Translations under genes and position numbers: made by a program
Source of the DNA: Candidatus Micrarchaeota archaeon
Lineage (GTDB): Archaea; Micrarchaeota; Micrarchaeia; Burarchaeales; Fermentimicrarchaeaceae
Length of the DNA: 52,510 nucleotides
Assembly: GCA_013425335.1 (NCBI GenBank)
Contig: JACCLG010000046.1
Location: forward strand, 1-52,510
Direction of reading: 5' to 3'
Notes under the pieces: generated by a model
Told to the model about the DNA's origin: nothing
Databases searched by the model: none
What the model saw: only the letters and a program-made list of their open reading frames with translations
In this document: in pieces, positions 1 through 8,240 of the stretch
Position numbering within the stretch: position 1 is the first letter of the stretch
Layout of the letters: every line of letters starts with the position of its first letter

Positions 1-46
1 TTCCGCTGCTTTGTGGTGCGCCAGAAGCTGAAGTTATACGATATAG

Positions 47-904
47 ATGGTAGATTGCGTGAGAGTGAAAGCTAGAGACGTAGAAAAATTCGTTGGGAAG
101 TTTCCGATTTGGGTAGAGTACCACATAGAGAGGGTAGTGGATACGCTGGGCGGGATGGATGAGCAGAAACGCGACAGGCTGCTTCTGGAGGAAACTGTCA
201 AGCTTGACAAGTTCTGTGAAATACTCTGCACCACCAACAAGAACCATATTGAAGCGGAAAATGAGGTTTACGGCGACACTAAGCAGTTCTACGCGCTGAT
301 GAAAAGGAAGAAAGAGGTACGCAGGAAATTCTTGGCCAGAATGGAGGAGAAGCGGGAGAAAGAACGGCTTAAGGAAGAAAAAATGCGGGAAGAGCAGGAA
401 AAGCTGAGGAAAGAGATGGAGGAGCCGGATGAGAATTTCCCAGATGAACGTTTTTACCTTGAAAATGACCTGACATACAAGATGAGGGAGAGGCTGATCC
501 AGATTGGCTACAAACGGCTTAAGATCAGCCCATTTGGGACTTCCGGAGCCTCTTATTACTGGGTGCAGACAAGATACAACGAAAGCAAGGAGCACGCGTT
601 CTTCTGCTACCTGATTCAATCAGAGGTTAAAGAAAAAGCCGATAGCACCAGACTGTACGTGAATTACGGGCCAGATGTGGAGTTTGAATACAACGAGAGA
701 ATATACTGCTTTGACGTTGAGACTGGGAAGAACCTTGCAAGAAACAAAGCAATGATTGAACGCAAGTTTTTGAAGTATAAAGAGAGGTATTTCAAATCGT
801 TCATTTTTATTACAAACAAGAGGCTGAAGTACAGGTACTCAAAATACGGAACTGTAGTTACCCGCGCCACTCTGAAGAAGACTTTGGAAGCTATTTTCAG
901 GTAA
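47..904 (+). CDS. Hypothetical protein, coiled-coil plus C-terminal PD-(D/E)XK-like nuclease fold
   Basis: E/K-rich helix followed by GPDVEF...CFDVETGK, resembling a PD-(D/E)xK core; lies next to the TA/integrase block. Confidence 0.45.
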   Translation: MVDCVRVKARDVEKFVGKFPIWVEYHIERVVDTLGGMDEQKRDRLLLEETVKLDKFCEILCTTNKNHIEAENEVYGDTKQFYALMKRKKEVRRKFLARMEEKREKERLKEEKMREEQEKLRKEMEEPDENFPDERFYLENDLTYKMRERLIQIGYKRLKISPFGTSGASYYWVQTRYNESKEHAFFCYLIQSEVKEKADSTRLYVNYGPDVEFEYNERIYCFDVETGKNLARNKAMIERKFLKYKERYFKSFIFITNKRLKYRYSKYGTVVTRATLKKTLEAIFR

Positions 905-1104
905 TCCCAGCACAAATAGATTAACATATATATTATATGGAGTGCTGTAGGAGGCAGTGAAACAGCTATTTTTCGATGATTCCCTGAATGAGCGCAAAAC
1001 CTGCGCAAAGAGGAATTAAGGGTGAGAAAACAAGGTTTGAGAATGCATGAAAAAGGCGAATTTTCCGCTTAATTCTACGCTTAAATTTTTCGCAGATTCA
1101 ATTT

Positions 1105-1626
1105 TCAGGCCAATTCCCTGAACTTTTTCCTGTCCGCCTTGATTTGCGAACGCAATGCAAATCTTCCATAAGGGGTCTGCCTTGTCTTGGCGCCAGCTAT
1201 GTTTCCCCGGTGAAATATTATCTCATTGCCGAAAAAGGAGAGGATCCTTGCGATTTTCCTTGCACGCCAAGTCCCCCTTGCAATGTTCTTCTCAGTGCGC
1301 CGTTTTAGGCTTATTTTTCTTGAGATTTTTGGATTTACTATGTGCACGCTTCCGGAAGGCTGCCAATTCAGGCCTAACGCTTCCTCTGCTGTCCTGCAGC
1401 TGAAATAGAACTCATTGCTTTCCAAGAAAAGCGCGACAGCCTGGAACAGGACCTTGAGCGGCTTTTCGATGAACGCGGCCTTCCTTTCCTCCTCCAGAGG
1501 GACGTAGTAAATTCCCTTAAAAGGTGTTGGGAAGAGCTTGAGGGACGAGCACAGCGCCAGAATTTCCTTCTTGCTCAGCCCTTCTGAGCGAAGCTGCGCA
1601 AAACTGACTGCCTGCTTAGGAAGCAT
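1105..1626 (-). CDS. AbiEi-like type IV antitoxin / transcriptional regulator
   Basis: N-terminal wHTH-like segment with FKGIYYVP; ATG at 1626 overlaps the stop of the AbiEii gene. Confidence 0.6.
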   Translation of the reverse strand: MLPKQAVSFAQLRSEGLSKKEILALCSSLKLFPTPFKGIYYVPLEEERKAAFIEKPLKVLFQAVALFLESNEFYFSCRTAEEALGLNWQPSGSVHIVNPKISRKISLKRRTEKNIARGTWRARKIARILSFFGNEIIFHRGNIAGAKTRQTPYGRFALRSQIKADRKKFRELA

Positions 1627-2203
1627 CAGAAACCACCTTTTGGAAAGCTGCTGCATCCTCCTGGTTTAGCGCCATAGCGCCTATATCCTCTATGCCCTTT
1701 GGAGGGCCGCTTTTCGTTATCAGCTTTTTCACCATCGCAGAACCGCCTTTCCCCTTCAAAATGCAGAATATGTCAAACAGGTCCCTTGCTTCCTTCCTGT
1801 CAGAGTATGCATCCTGCTTCATCTCTAAAATGTCGCTAAGCGATGCAACCTTTATGCTTATGCCGCTGAACACGTGTTCCTCAATGCACTTGATTTTCCA
1901 CCCTGGTTCAAAAACCTCAACCTTTATGCTTGTGTCCTCGAACTGGATGACGAACTGGTTCTTGAAAGCGCCTGGCATGGTGCGGTAGCCCTTCTTGGAA
2001 AGGCAGCCTTTGAGCTCTTCTTTTAGCTTTATTTCATCGCCAGAGACTGGCACAAAATCCAAATCAACGCTTACGCGGTGTTTCAGGTAGAAAAGGGCAA
2101 GCGCTGTCCCGCCAACAAGGATTAATTTTCCCTGGGCGCATTCGGCAACATCCGGGAGTATCTCCAGCACCTTCTTGTATTTCCTGTTGAATGACTCATT
2201 CAT
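1616..2203 (-). CDS. AbiEii/AbiGii-family nucleotidyltransferase toxin
   Basis: LVGGTALALFYLKHRVSVDLDF motif and C-terminal K...R...RDLFD. Confidence 0.85.
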   Translation of the reverse strand: MNESFNRKYKKVLEILPDVAECAQGKLILVGGTALALFYLKHRVSVDLDFVPVSGDEIKLKEELKGCLSKKGYRTMPGAFKNQFVIQFEDTSIKVEVFEPGWKIKCIEEHVFSGISIKVASLSDILEMKQDAYSDRKEARDLFDIFCILKGKGGSAMVKKLITKSGPPKGIEDIGAMALNQEDAAAFQKVVSDAS

Positions 2204-2244
2204 GGTTGTTTATTGATGCACAAACTATATAAACCTTGTTATTA

Positions 2245-2269
2245 CTAGATTAAATTAAGTTTAATCTAG
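2245..2269. promoter_or_regulatory. Perfect inverted repeat CTAGATTAAA-TTAAG-TTTAATCTAG (recombinase core site or AbiE operator)
   Basis: 10-bp arms with a 5-bp spacer, between the integrase stop and the TATA box of the abiE operon. Confidence 0.6.
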
Positions 2270-2296
2270 ATAAACTTTAGTCGACTGTAAGAAATT

Positions 2297-3493
2297 CTAG
2301 AGTTTTCCGCTCAAGCCGAGCTCGCCTATCCTTCTTACAAGGAAGCCGAGCGTTTCCCGGTCTTTCACGAGCTCGTTAAGAAGCTCATCGCCTTTTCTCC
2401 TCTCGTCCTCAACCTGCATAACGGTTTCAACGTTCAAAACCGCGCCGCACTTGTTGCAGAATTTCGAGGTGGGGGAGTTGGGCTGCTTGCAGCGGTGGCA
2501 GTTTCTGATTTGGATTTTCATTTCCTCCTCCTTCTTTTCTGCCATGTGGTGCATTTTCAGCAAAGTGTCATCCAGATCCCTCCCTGACATGTGCACATAG
2601 ACCGAAGCCATTTCCGAAGACTGCGTCCAGCCAAAATATTCCTTCATCTGGGCCTCTGTCAATTTTGATGCCATGAAAGTCGCTCTTGAATGCCTGAAGA
2701 GATGCGGGTAAACCTTCTTTTTTATGCCTGCCCTTGCCGCAAGATTGCGGATCAAAACATAGACCGAGCGGTATTCCGCTGCCGTATCCTTGTTGTAGAT
2801 ATTGTGGGAACGCGGCGGCCATAAAGACGAGTCCGGCTTTGCGTTTCCGTAGTTGTCCAGCCAGGTGGAAAGCGCAGGCGCAGATGTAATTGCCCTTACT
2901 CTCCTGTCGCCAGTCTTGCCGGTAACTATCAGAATTGCCCCGTACTGGTCAAACGAGACATTCTTAACCTTCAGGGAGAGAAGCTCGCCAATCCGGCAGC
3001 CAGTTTCATACAACAGCAAAACCAGCGCCTTGTCGCGCGGATTGTTTGTTGCCTGGGCCATTTTCAGGACTTCCTCCTCAGTAATGAGCTCTTCCGGCAG
3101 TTTGTGCGCATTGTTTCTCAGCTTCGGTTTCAGCCAGCTTATCTCAGGCGGGAAGGTTTCGTCGTTGCCCTTCATCCACTTGTAGAGTAGCTTCAGGACG
3201 ATCTTGAAGTCGTATTTGGTATACTCCGCGTATTCCTGCCTCTCCAGCTCTCCAACCAGCGCAATGAGATCGTTTTTACTTGCCTGGGCAAAAGGCTTCT
3301 TCAACCAGTGAGCAAGGAACCGCAGGCAATATGCGCACTTCACTACCCGGAGCCTGCTGGAGCCCCTTGCCAGCCTTGCCCTGCAAAAGTCGAGAATGGC
3401 CTGCTTGTTCTCTGGGCAGACCTGCTTATCCTGCTCGACCCGTCTGCAGGCGGCATCGAAGTCCTTCATACTCCTGTGTTGTCTGTCGTCCAT
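2297..3493 (-). CDS. Tyrosine recombinase/integrase with C-terminal zinc ribbon
   Basis: ETGCRIGE (catalytic R), GKTG (K), HLFRHSRAT (HxxR), YFGW, VYVH (Y); CxxC...CxxC tail. Confidence 0.92.
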   Translation of the reverse strand: MDDRQHRSMKDFDAACRRVEQDKQVCPENKQAILDFCRARLARGSSRLRVVKCAYCLRFLAHWLKKPFAQASKNDLIALVGELERQEYAEYTKYDFKIVLKLLYKWMKGNDETFPPEISWLKPKLRNNAHKLPEELITEEEVLKMAQATNNPRDKALVLLLYETGCRIGELLSLKVKNVSFDQYGAILIVTGKTGDRRVRAITSAPALSTWLDNYGNAKPDSSLWPPRSHNIYNKDTAAEYRSVYVLIRNLAARAGIKKKVYPHLFRHSRATFMASKLTEAQMKEYFGWTQSSEMASVYVHMSGRDLDDTLLKMHHMAEKKEEEMKIQIRNCHRCKQPNSPTSKFCNKCGAVLNVETVMQVEDERRKGDELLNELVKDRETLGFLVRRIGELGLSGKL

Positions 3494-3765
3494 ATGCCTC
3501 TCCTCCTAGGCAAAGGACTTATTATTGCTTAGTGTCTAATCAGACACTATTGTGCTGCTAGTGCGGTTCTGCACTCAGGTTCGCTCTGGGCTTACACCCC
3601 CTGCACCAAGTCTTTTACTAGAGTCTTGCTTTTCTCCTCGTCAAATGTTTCAGACCCACGCATCCTCCGTGCCTTGCTCCCCCTATATTCTATTTTTCTA
3701 ACTTTTTTGCGCTAGGCTAGGGGGATGAATCTTAGAAACGGCATTCTACGGTTTCGCAAACGCTT

Positions 3766-3957
3766 TTAGACTTTTTTTACGCTCTTTGCACGCGGCCCAC
3801 GTTCGCCTGATTCAACATCGTACTCTACAACATCGCCGACCGCGAGCACGGCACCGCCTTGGATCTCCGAGACGTTCACGTACACGTCACTGCCGTCGTC
3901 GCCCGTGATAAATCCAAAACCACGCGCGGTATTAAACATCTTTACTTTTCCTTTCAT
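3766..3957 (-). CDS. cspA: Cold-shock domain protein
   Basis: MKGKVKMFNTARGFGFI (RNP1), DVYV (RNP2), GPRA. Confidence 0.92.
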   Translation of the reverse strand: MKGKVKMFNTARGFGFITGDDGSDVYVNVSEIQGGAVLAVGDVVEYDVESGERGPRAKSVKKV

Positions 3958-4294
3958 TAGATCACCATCACTTCATACTGCTTTTGAAGCGCATAGCTTA
4001 TAAAATTATCCAATTACTTCAATGTCTTCCCCAACTACGCGTACTTTATATTGTTTTGCTGGTCTATTCGCAGGTCCTCCTACGACTGTGCCAGTTCTGA
4101 CATTGATTTATGTCTTTTATAATCATAGGATTCTAGATTGATGTAAGAGTTTGTTAGTAAAGAAACCCAAGAGCGGGGAATTTATTAACTACGGCAGGAG
4201 TCAAGACGAACTCGAGGCTTCAGACTCAAGCTTCACTCTTGCTTTGCACCCCCTGCATTATACTTTTTCTTGAGTGCAGTACAGCAAGATTCTT

Positions 4295-4858
4295 TCAGGC
4301 AGCCGCAAGCATTCTCTTCACTTCCTGCACTCCGAGAGCTGCAGCCCCGCCGCAAAGCGCTGTTGCAAGTTGGATTATCCCAAATGCGGCAATGAATTGC
4401 GCAGGAACAAGGCCAAGAAAGAAAAGCGCGAATGCCGATGCAGAGAGAAGCGCAGTCTTCGCCAATGAGCCAGCAGTGAGAGCCGCCAGGCGGTTCTTTC
4501 TCTCTGAGAACACCAGCTCCTTAACTGCAAATACAAGGATTGCGTTGCCCAGCCAGATGAACGGCAACATGTAAACCAGAGATACTGACAGCGGGCCGAA
4601 CACCATCCCAGCCAGCAGTGCCCCGACGCTGGGAAGGAGTATGACCGGCAGCAGGCGCGCACCGCGAAGGTTGAGTGCTGCAAGCACGAGGGCGCAGTTC
4701 ACCACCGAGCCAACGAGAAGCTGCTCGTGCCCCAGGATGAATGGAAGTGAGAATGCCACAGCTGCGTAAAGAATCATCTCAGCATATTCCTGCGCTTGAG
4801 AAAGCGTATACTCCTGCTTGAAAAATGAATCTGAAATGTAAGAATATTCCCTCTTCAT
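4295..4858 (-). CDS. Integral membrane protein, ECF S-component-like
   Basis: About 5-6 hydrophobic helices, QLLVGSVVN motif; divergent from the hydrogenase operon. Confidence 0.5.
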   Translation of the reverse strand: MKREYSYISDSFFKQEYTLSQAQEYAEMILYAAVAFSLPFILGHEQLLVGSVVNCALVLAALNLRGARLLPVILLPSVGALLAGMVFGPLSVSLVYMLPFIWLGNAILVFAVKELVFSERKNRLAALTAGSLAKTALLSASAFALFFLGLVPAQFIAAFGIIQLATALCGGAAALGVQEVKRMLAAA

Positions 4859-4925
4859 ATTCTCGCCTCACTAATTCTATTGTAGGTTAAATATATAAGG
4901 ATTTTGCGCAAATTATACTGATGGA

Positions 4926-5372
4926 ATGGAAAGGAAAAAAGGCACCAGCTTGCTTATGAATATCCTGCATGAGGAGCAGGACAAGCACGGCTACATCTCC
5001 GAGCAGACTCTCAAGAAAATTTCAGTAGACGAAGGCATACCAATTTCACGGCTTTTCGGGGTTGTCAAGTTCTACACAATGTTCCATACAGAGCCACAGG
5101 GAAAGTATGTTGTTGAAATTTGCGGCTCCCCGTCATGCGTCCTGAATAACGGAGTGCAGCTCGAAAAGTTCCTTGAGAAGGAGATAGGCGTGAGAATAGG
5201 AGAGACTTCCAAAGACGGGATGTTCTCCCTCTACAAAACTTCCTGCATCGGCTGCTGCAACGAGGCTCCGGCAATGCTCATAAACGGCATGCCATACACC
5301 AAGATGACTGTGGGGAGGCTGCAGCTGCTCCTGAAGAAGCTACGTGCAGCTTCAAAAAAGAAAAAGAAGTGA
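4926..5372 (+). CDS. hydC: [FeFe]-hydrogenase gamma subunit, NuoE-like [2Fe-2S]
   Basis: FYTMF, CGSPSC and CIGCC thioredoxin-like 2Fe-2S ligands. Confidence 0.88.
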   Translation: MERKKGTSLLMNILHEEQDKHGYISEQTLKKISVDEGIPISRLFGVVKFYTMFHTEPQGKYVVEICGSPSCVLNNGVQLEKFLEKEIGVRIGETSKDGMFSLYKTSCIGCCNEAPAMLINGMPYTKMTVGRLQLLLKKLRAASKKKKK

Positions 5373-5376
5373 GTTC

Positions 5377-6501
5377 ATGCAGATACTCTGCCAGACAAAC
5401 CTTGATGCGCTTGAGAAGGCGCGCATGCTCGGCTCAAATGGAGTGCTCTCCCTTCTGGAGAAGAAGGGGCTTGAGGGGAGAGGGGGTGCGGCTTTTTCCA
5501 CTGCCAAGAAATGGCAAACCTGCCGCGATACGCCAGCAGATGAGAGGTTCGTGGTGTGCAACGCAGATGAAGGCGAGCCCGGCAGCTTCAAGGACAAGTT
5601 TATCATCAGGTGCAATGCCGAAACTCTTATTGAGGGAATCCTCATTGCGGCTTATACCATCGGGGCTAAGAGGTGCTTCATCTACCTGCGCGGAGAGTAT
5701 GACTACCTGCGCCCAAGGCTTCAGGAGCAGATTGAGGATGTCATTTCACGTGCAAAGATGAAAGGGGTGACCATTGAGATTGTGCGTGGCGCAGGTGCAT
5801 ACATATGTGGCGAGTCCACAGCGCTTGTGCAGTCCATCATGGGCTTCCGCGGGGCTGCAATGTACAAGCCCCCGAACCCGACCAGGCAGGGGCTCTGGGG
5901 CAAGCCGACGCTCATAAACAACGTTGAGACGCTCACATGCGCTGCCCAGGCCGTTCTGTTCGACGACTGGGATGCCAACCTGAGGCTGTTCTCGCTTTCA
6001 GGCAACATCAAAAACCCCGGAGTGTATGAGTTTCCGCTCGGTGTGAAGATGTCCACCGTGCTGGACGTTGCCCGCCCTGAGAAAAAGCTCAAGGCAATGT
6101 CCTTCGGCTGCTTCGGGGGCATAATGCCTGTTGACAAGAGTATGAGCATCACACCAGAAGCAATTTGCAAGGGGGACTGCCAGCAGGGCAACTATAGCAT
6201 AATTTTCATAGATGAAACACACAACATTGTGGACATTGTCTACTCAATTGCGAAATTTTACACCTACGAGTCGTGCGGCAAGTGCACTCCCTGCAGGGAG
6301 GGAACGGTCAGGATGCTCAACCTGCTCAAGAAAATCAGGAGCGGCGAGGGCGAGAAAAAGGATTTGCAGCTCCTGCGCGAGCTTGCAATGCACATACAAG
6401 AAACTTCGCTGTGCGGTTTGGGTGAGAGCTGCGGGAACCACATACTCACAAGCCTGGAGCATTTCTCCAAAGATTACGAGACATACCTTGCGAAGAAGTG
6501 A
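5377..6501 (+). CDS. hydB: [FeFe]-hydrogenase beta (diaphorase) subunit, NuoF-like, short form
   Basis: GRGGAAF, NADEGEPGSFKD, GAGAYICGE, NNVETL, ESCGKCTPCREG, SLCGLG; ATG 5377 directly follows the hydC stop. Confidence 0.9.
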   Translation: MQILCQTNLDALEKARMLGSNGVLSLLEKKGLEGRGGAAFSTAKKWQTCRDTPADERFVVCNADEGEPGSFKDKFIIRCNAETLIEGILIAAYTIGAKRCFIYLRGEYDYLRPRLQEQIEDVISRAKMKGVTIEIVRGAGAYICGESTALVQSIMGFRGAAMYKPPNPTRQGLWGKPTLINNVETLTCAAQAVLFDDWDANLRLFSLSGNIKNPGVYEFPLGVKMSTVLDVARPEKKLKAMSFGCFGGIMPVDKSMSITPEAICKGDCQQGNYSIIFIDETHNIVDIVYSIAKFYTYESCGKCTPCREGTVRMLNLLKKIRSGEGEKKDLQLLRELAMHIQETSLCGLGESCGNHILTSLEHFSKDYETYLAKK

Positions 6502-6505
6502 GAAT

Positions 6506-8170
6506 ATGAAAATAACGCTCAATGGAAAGTCAGTTGAAGTTGACGGGGGCAAGTCGCTCCTTGACATATGCAGGGAGAACGGCATCACCGTGCCGACCCT
6601 CTGCTACCACGCAAGCATTTTCCCAGAGGCGCGCTGCCGCGTCTGTCTTGTGGAGATGGACGGCAAGCTTGTCACTGCATGCTCAACAAAGCCTAGGGAT
6701 GGCGCCTCCATTGTAACAAACTCTGAGAGAATTGTGAAGGCGAGAAAGCTGAACATGGAGCTCATGATGCCAGAGCCTTCCTGCAAGCGCGTGGATGACC
6801 TGGAAGTTTGCGAAATTTACAGCGAGGTCGGGATGAGGAAAGCCAGATTCCCGCAGATAAAGGGGTACAAGCCTGACCTAGGGGCTGCGGTAGTGCGAGA
6901 CGACAACAAATGCATAAACTGCGGAAGGTGCGTGCGCGTGTGCGCAGATGTGCAGGGAGTTTTTGCGATAGACTTTGCGAGCCGCGCTCACAACGAGCAC
7001 ATCACGCCTTACTGGGAGCACCCCCTTGCTGATGTCGCCTGCATACGCTGCGGACAGTGCATACTCAACTGCCCTGTTGGTGCCATTACTGAATGCTCAC
7101 ATATAGAGGGGGTTGTTGCTGCTCTTAACGACAAGGACAAGTATGTGGTGGCTCAGGTTGCCCCTTCAATCCGCGCTGCGCTTGGCGAGCTTTTCGGCAT
7201 GCCTGCAGGCACGCTTGTCACAGGCAAAACTGTTGCCGCTCTTCGCAGGTGCGGGTTTGAGAAGGTGTTTGATGTTGATTTGGGGGCGGACATAACCATA
7301 ATGGAGGAGGCATCCGAACTTCTGAGGAGGGTTGAGAAGGGCGGAGTGCTGCCCATGATAACAACATGCTGCCCCGGCTGGATACTCATGATGGAGTTCT
7401 TCTACCATGACCTCATAAGGAACATGTCAACCTGCAAGTCGCCCCATGAGATGCTGGGCATGCTCATCAAGACTTACTATGCGAAAAAGGCGGGAATTGA
7501 CCCGAAGAAAATTGTGGTGGTTTCAATCATGCCCTGCACAGCTAAGAAGTCCGAGTCCACCCGCCCTGAGATGAAAAGCGGGGTGGATTACGTGCTCACC
7601 ACGCGGGAGCTCGGCAAGCTCATAAAGATGAAGAATATTGACTTTGCCTCCCTGCCTGATGAGGAGTTTGACCCTGCTCTGGGAGTCTCAACCGGCGCTG
7701 GGGTGATTTTCGGCGCGACAGGCGGGGTGATGGAAGCAGCTCTCAGAACTGCGCACAAGTTCGCAACAGGCAGGGAGCTGAAGAACATAGAGTTTTCAGA
7801 AATACGCGGAATGAAAGGCGTGAAGGAAGGCTCCATAACCCTGAAAGGAAAGAAGATAAGGTTCGCCTGTGCCCATGGAGGAGCAAACGCGCGCAGGCTC
7901 ATAGAGCAGAAGGACAAATACCACTTCATAGAGATAATGGCATGCCCGGGCGGTTGCATTGGCGGAGGCGGGCAGCCCATCTACCGCGACCCGGACACCC
8001 TCAGAAAGAGGACTGAAGCAATTTACACTGCAGACCGCAGCTCCAAGCTCCGCAGGTCTCATGAGAACCCAGTTGTGGAGAGGATTTACGAGGAAATGCT
8101 GGGCAAGCCGCTTTCCAAAAAGGCTGAGGAGCTGCTGCACACGCGCTACATGAAAAGGAGCAGATTCTGA
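6506..8170 (+). CDS. hydA: [FeFe]-hydrogenase catalytic subunit, group A
   Basis: H-cluster motifs TTCCPGW, MPCTAKKSE, EIMACPGGCIGGGGQP; N-terminal 2Fe-2S and 2x[4Fe-4S]; true start MKITLNGK at 6506. Confidence 0.95.
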   Translation: MKITLNGKSVEVDGGKSLLDICRENGITVPTLCYHASIFPEARCRVCLVEMDGKLVTACSTKPRDGASIVTNSERIVKARKLNMELMMPEPSCKRVDDLEVCEIYSEVGMRKARFPQIKGYKPDLGAAVVRDDNKCINCGRCVRVCADVQGVFAIDFASRAHNEHITPYWEHPLADVACIRCGQCILNCPVGAITECSHIEGVVAALNDKDKYVVAQVAPSIRAALGELFGMPAGTLVTGKTVAALRRCGFEKVFDVDLGADITIMEEASELLRRVEKGGVLPMITTCCPGWILMMEFFYHDLIRNMSTCKSPHEMLGMLIKTYYAKKAGIDPKKIVVVSIMPCTAKKSESTRPEMKSGVDYVLTTRELGKLIKMKNIDFASLPDEEFDPALGVSTGAGVIFGATGGVMEAALRTAHKFATGRELKNIEFSEIRGMKGVKEGSITLKGKKIRFACAHGGANARRLIEQKDKYHFIEIMACPGGCIGGGGQPIYRDPDTLRKRTEAIYTADRSSKLRRSHENPVVERIYEEMLGKPLSKKAEELLHTRYMKRSRF

Positions 8171-8240
8171 GGCAAACTGCCCGGATGCACTCCTGCGCCT
8201 TCTACATAAATTTTTATACCCCATGAATTAATTATATACC

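Larger units (their letters stand above)
1..3493. mobile_element. Right part of an integrative element / defence island
   Basis: Integrase, type IV TA pair and nuclease-like ORF are clustered; left boundary lies outside the window. Confidence 0.5.

Noticed and set aside
3550-3610. tRNA at the integrase att site
   Set aside because: No TTCRA T-loop in a proper stem, and no canonical arm lengths.
4926-6501. Respiratory complex I nuoEF
   Set aside because: Followed by an H-cluster protein and no membrane Nuo subunits, so these are hydrogenase subunits.
6212-6505. N-terminal extension of HydA in the ORF track
   Set aside because: Overlaps hydB out of frame; homology starts at ATG 6506.
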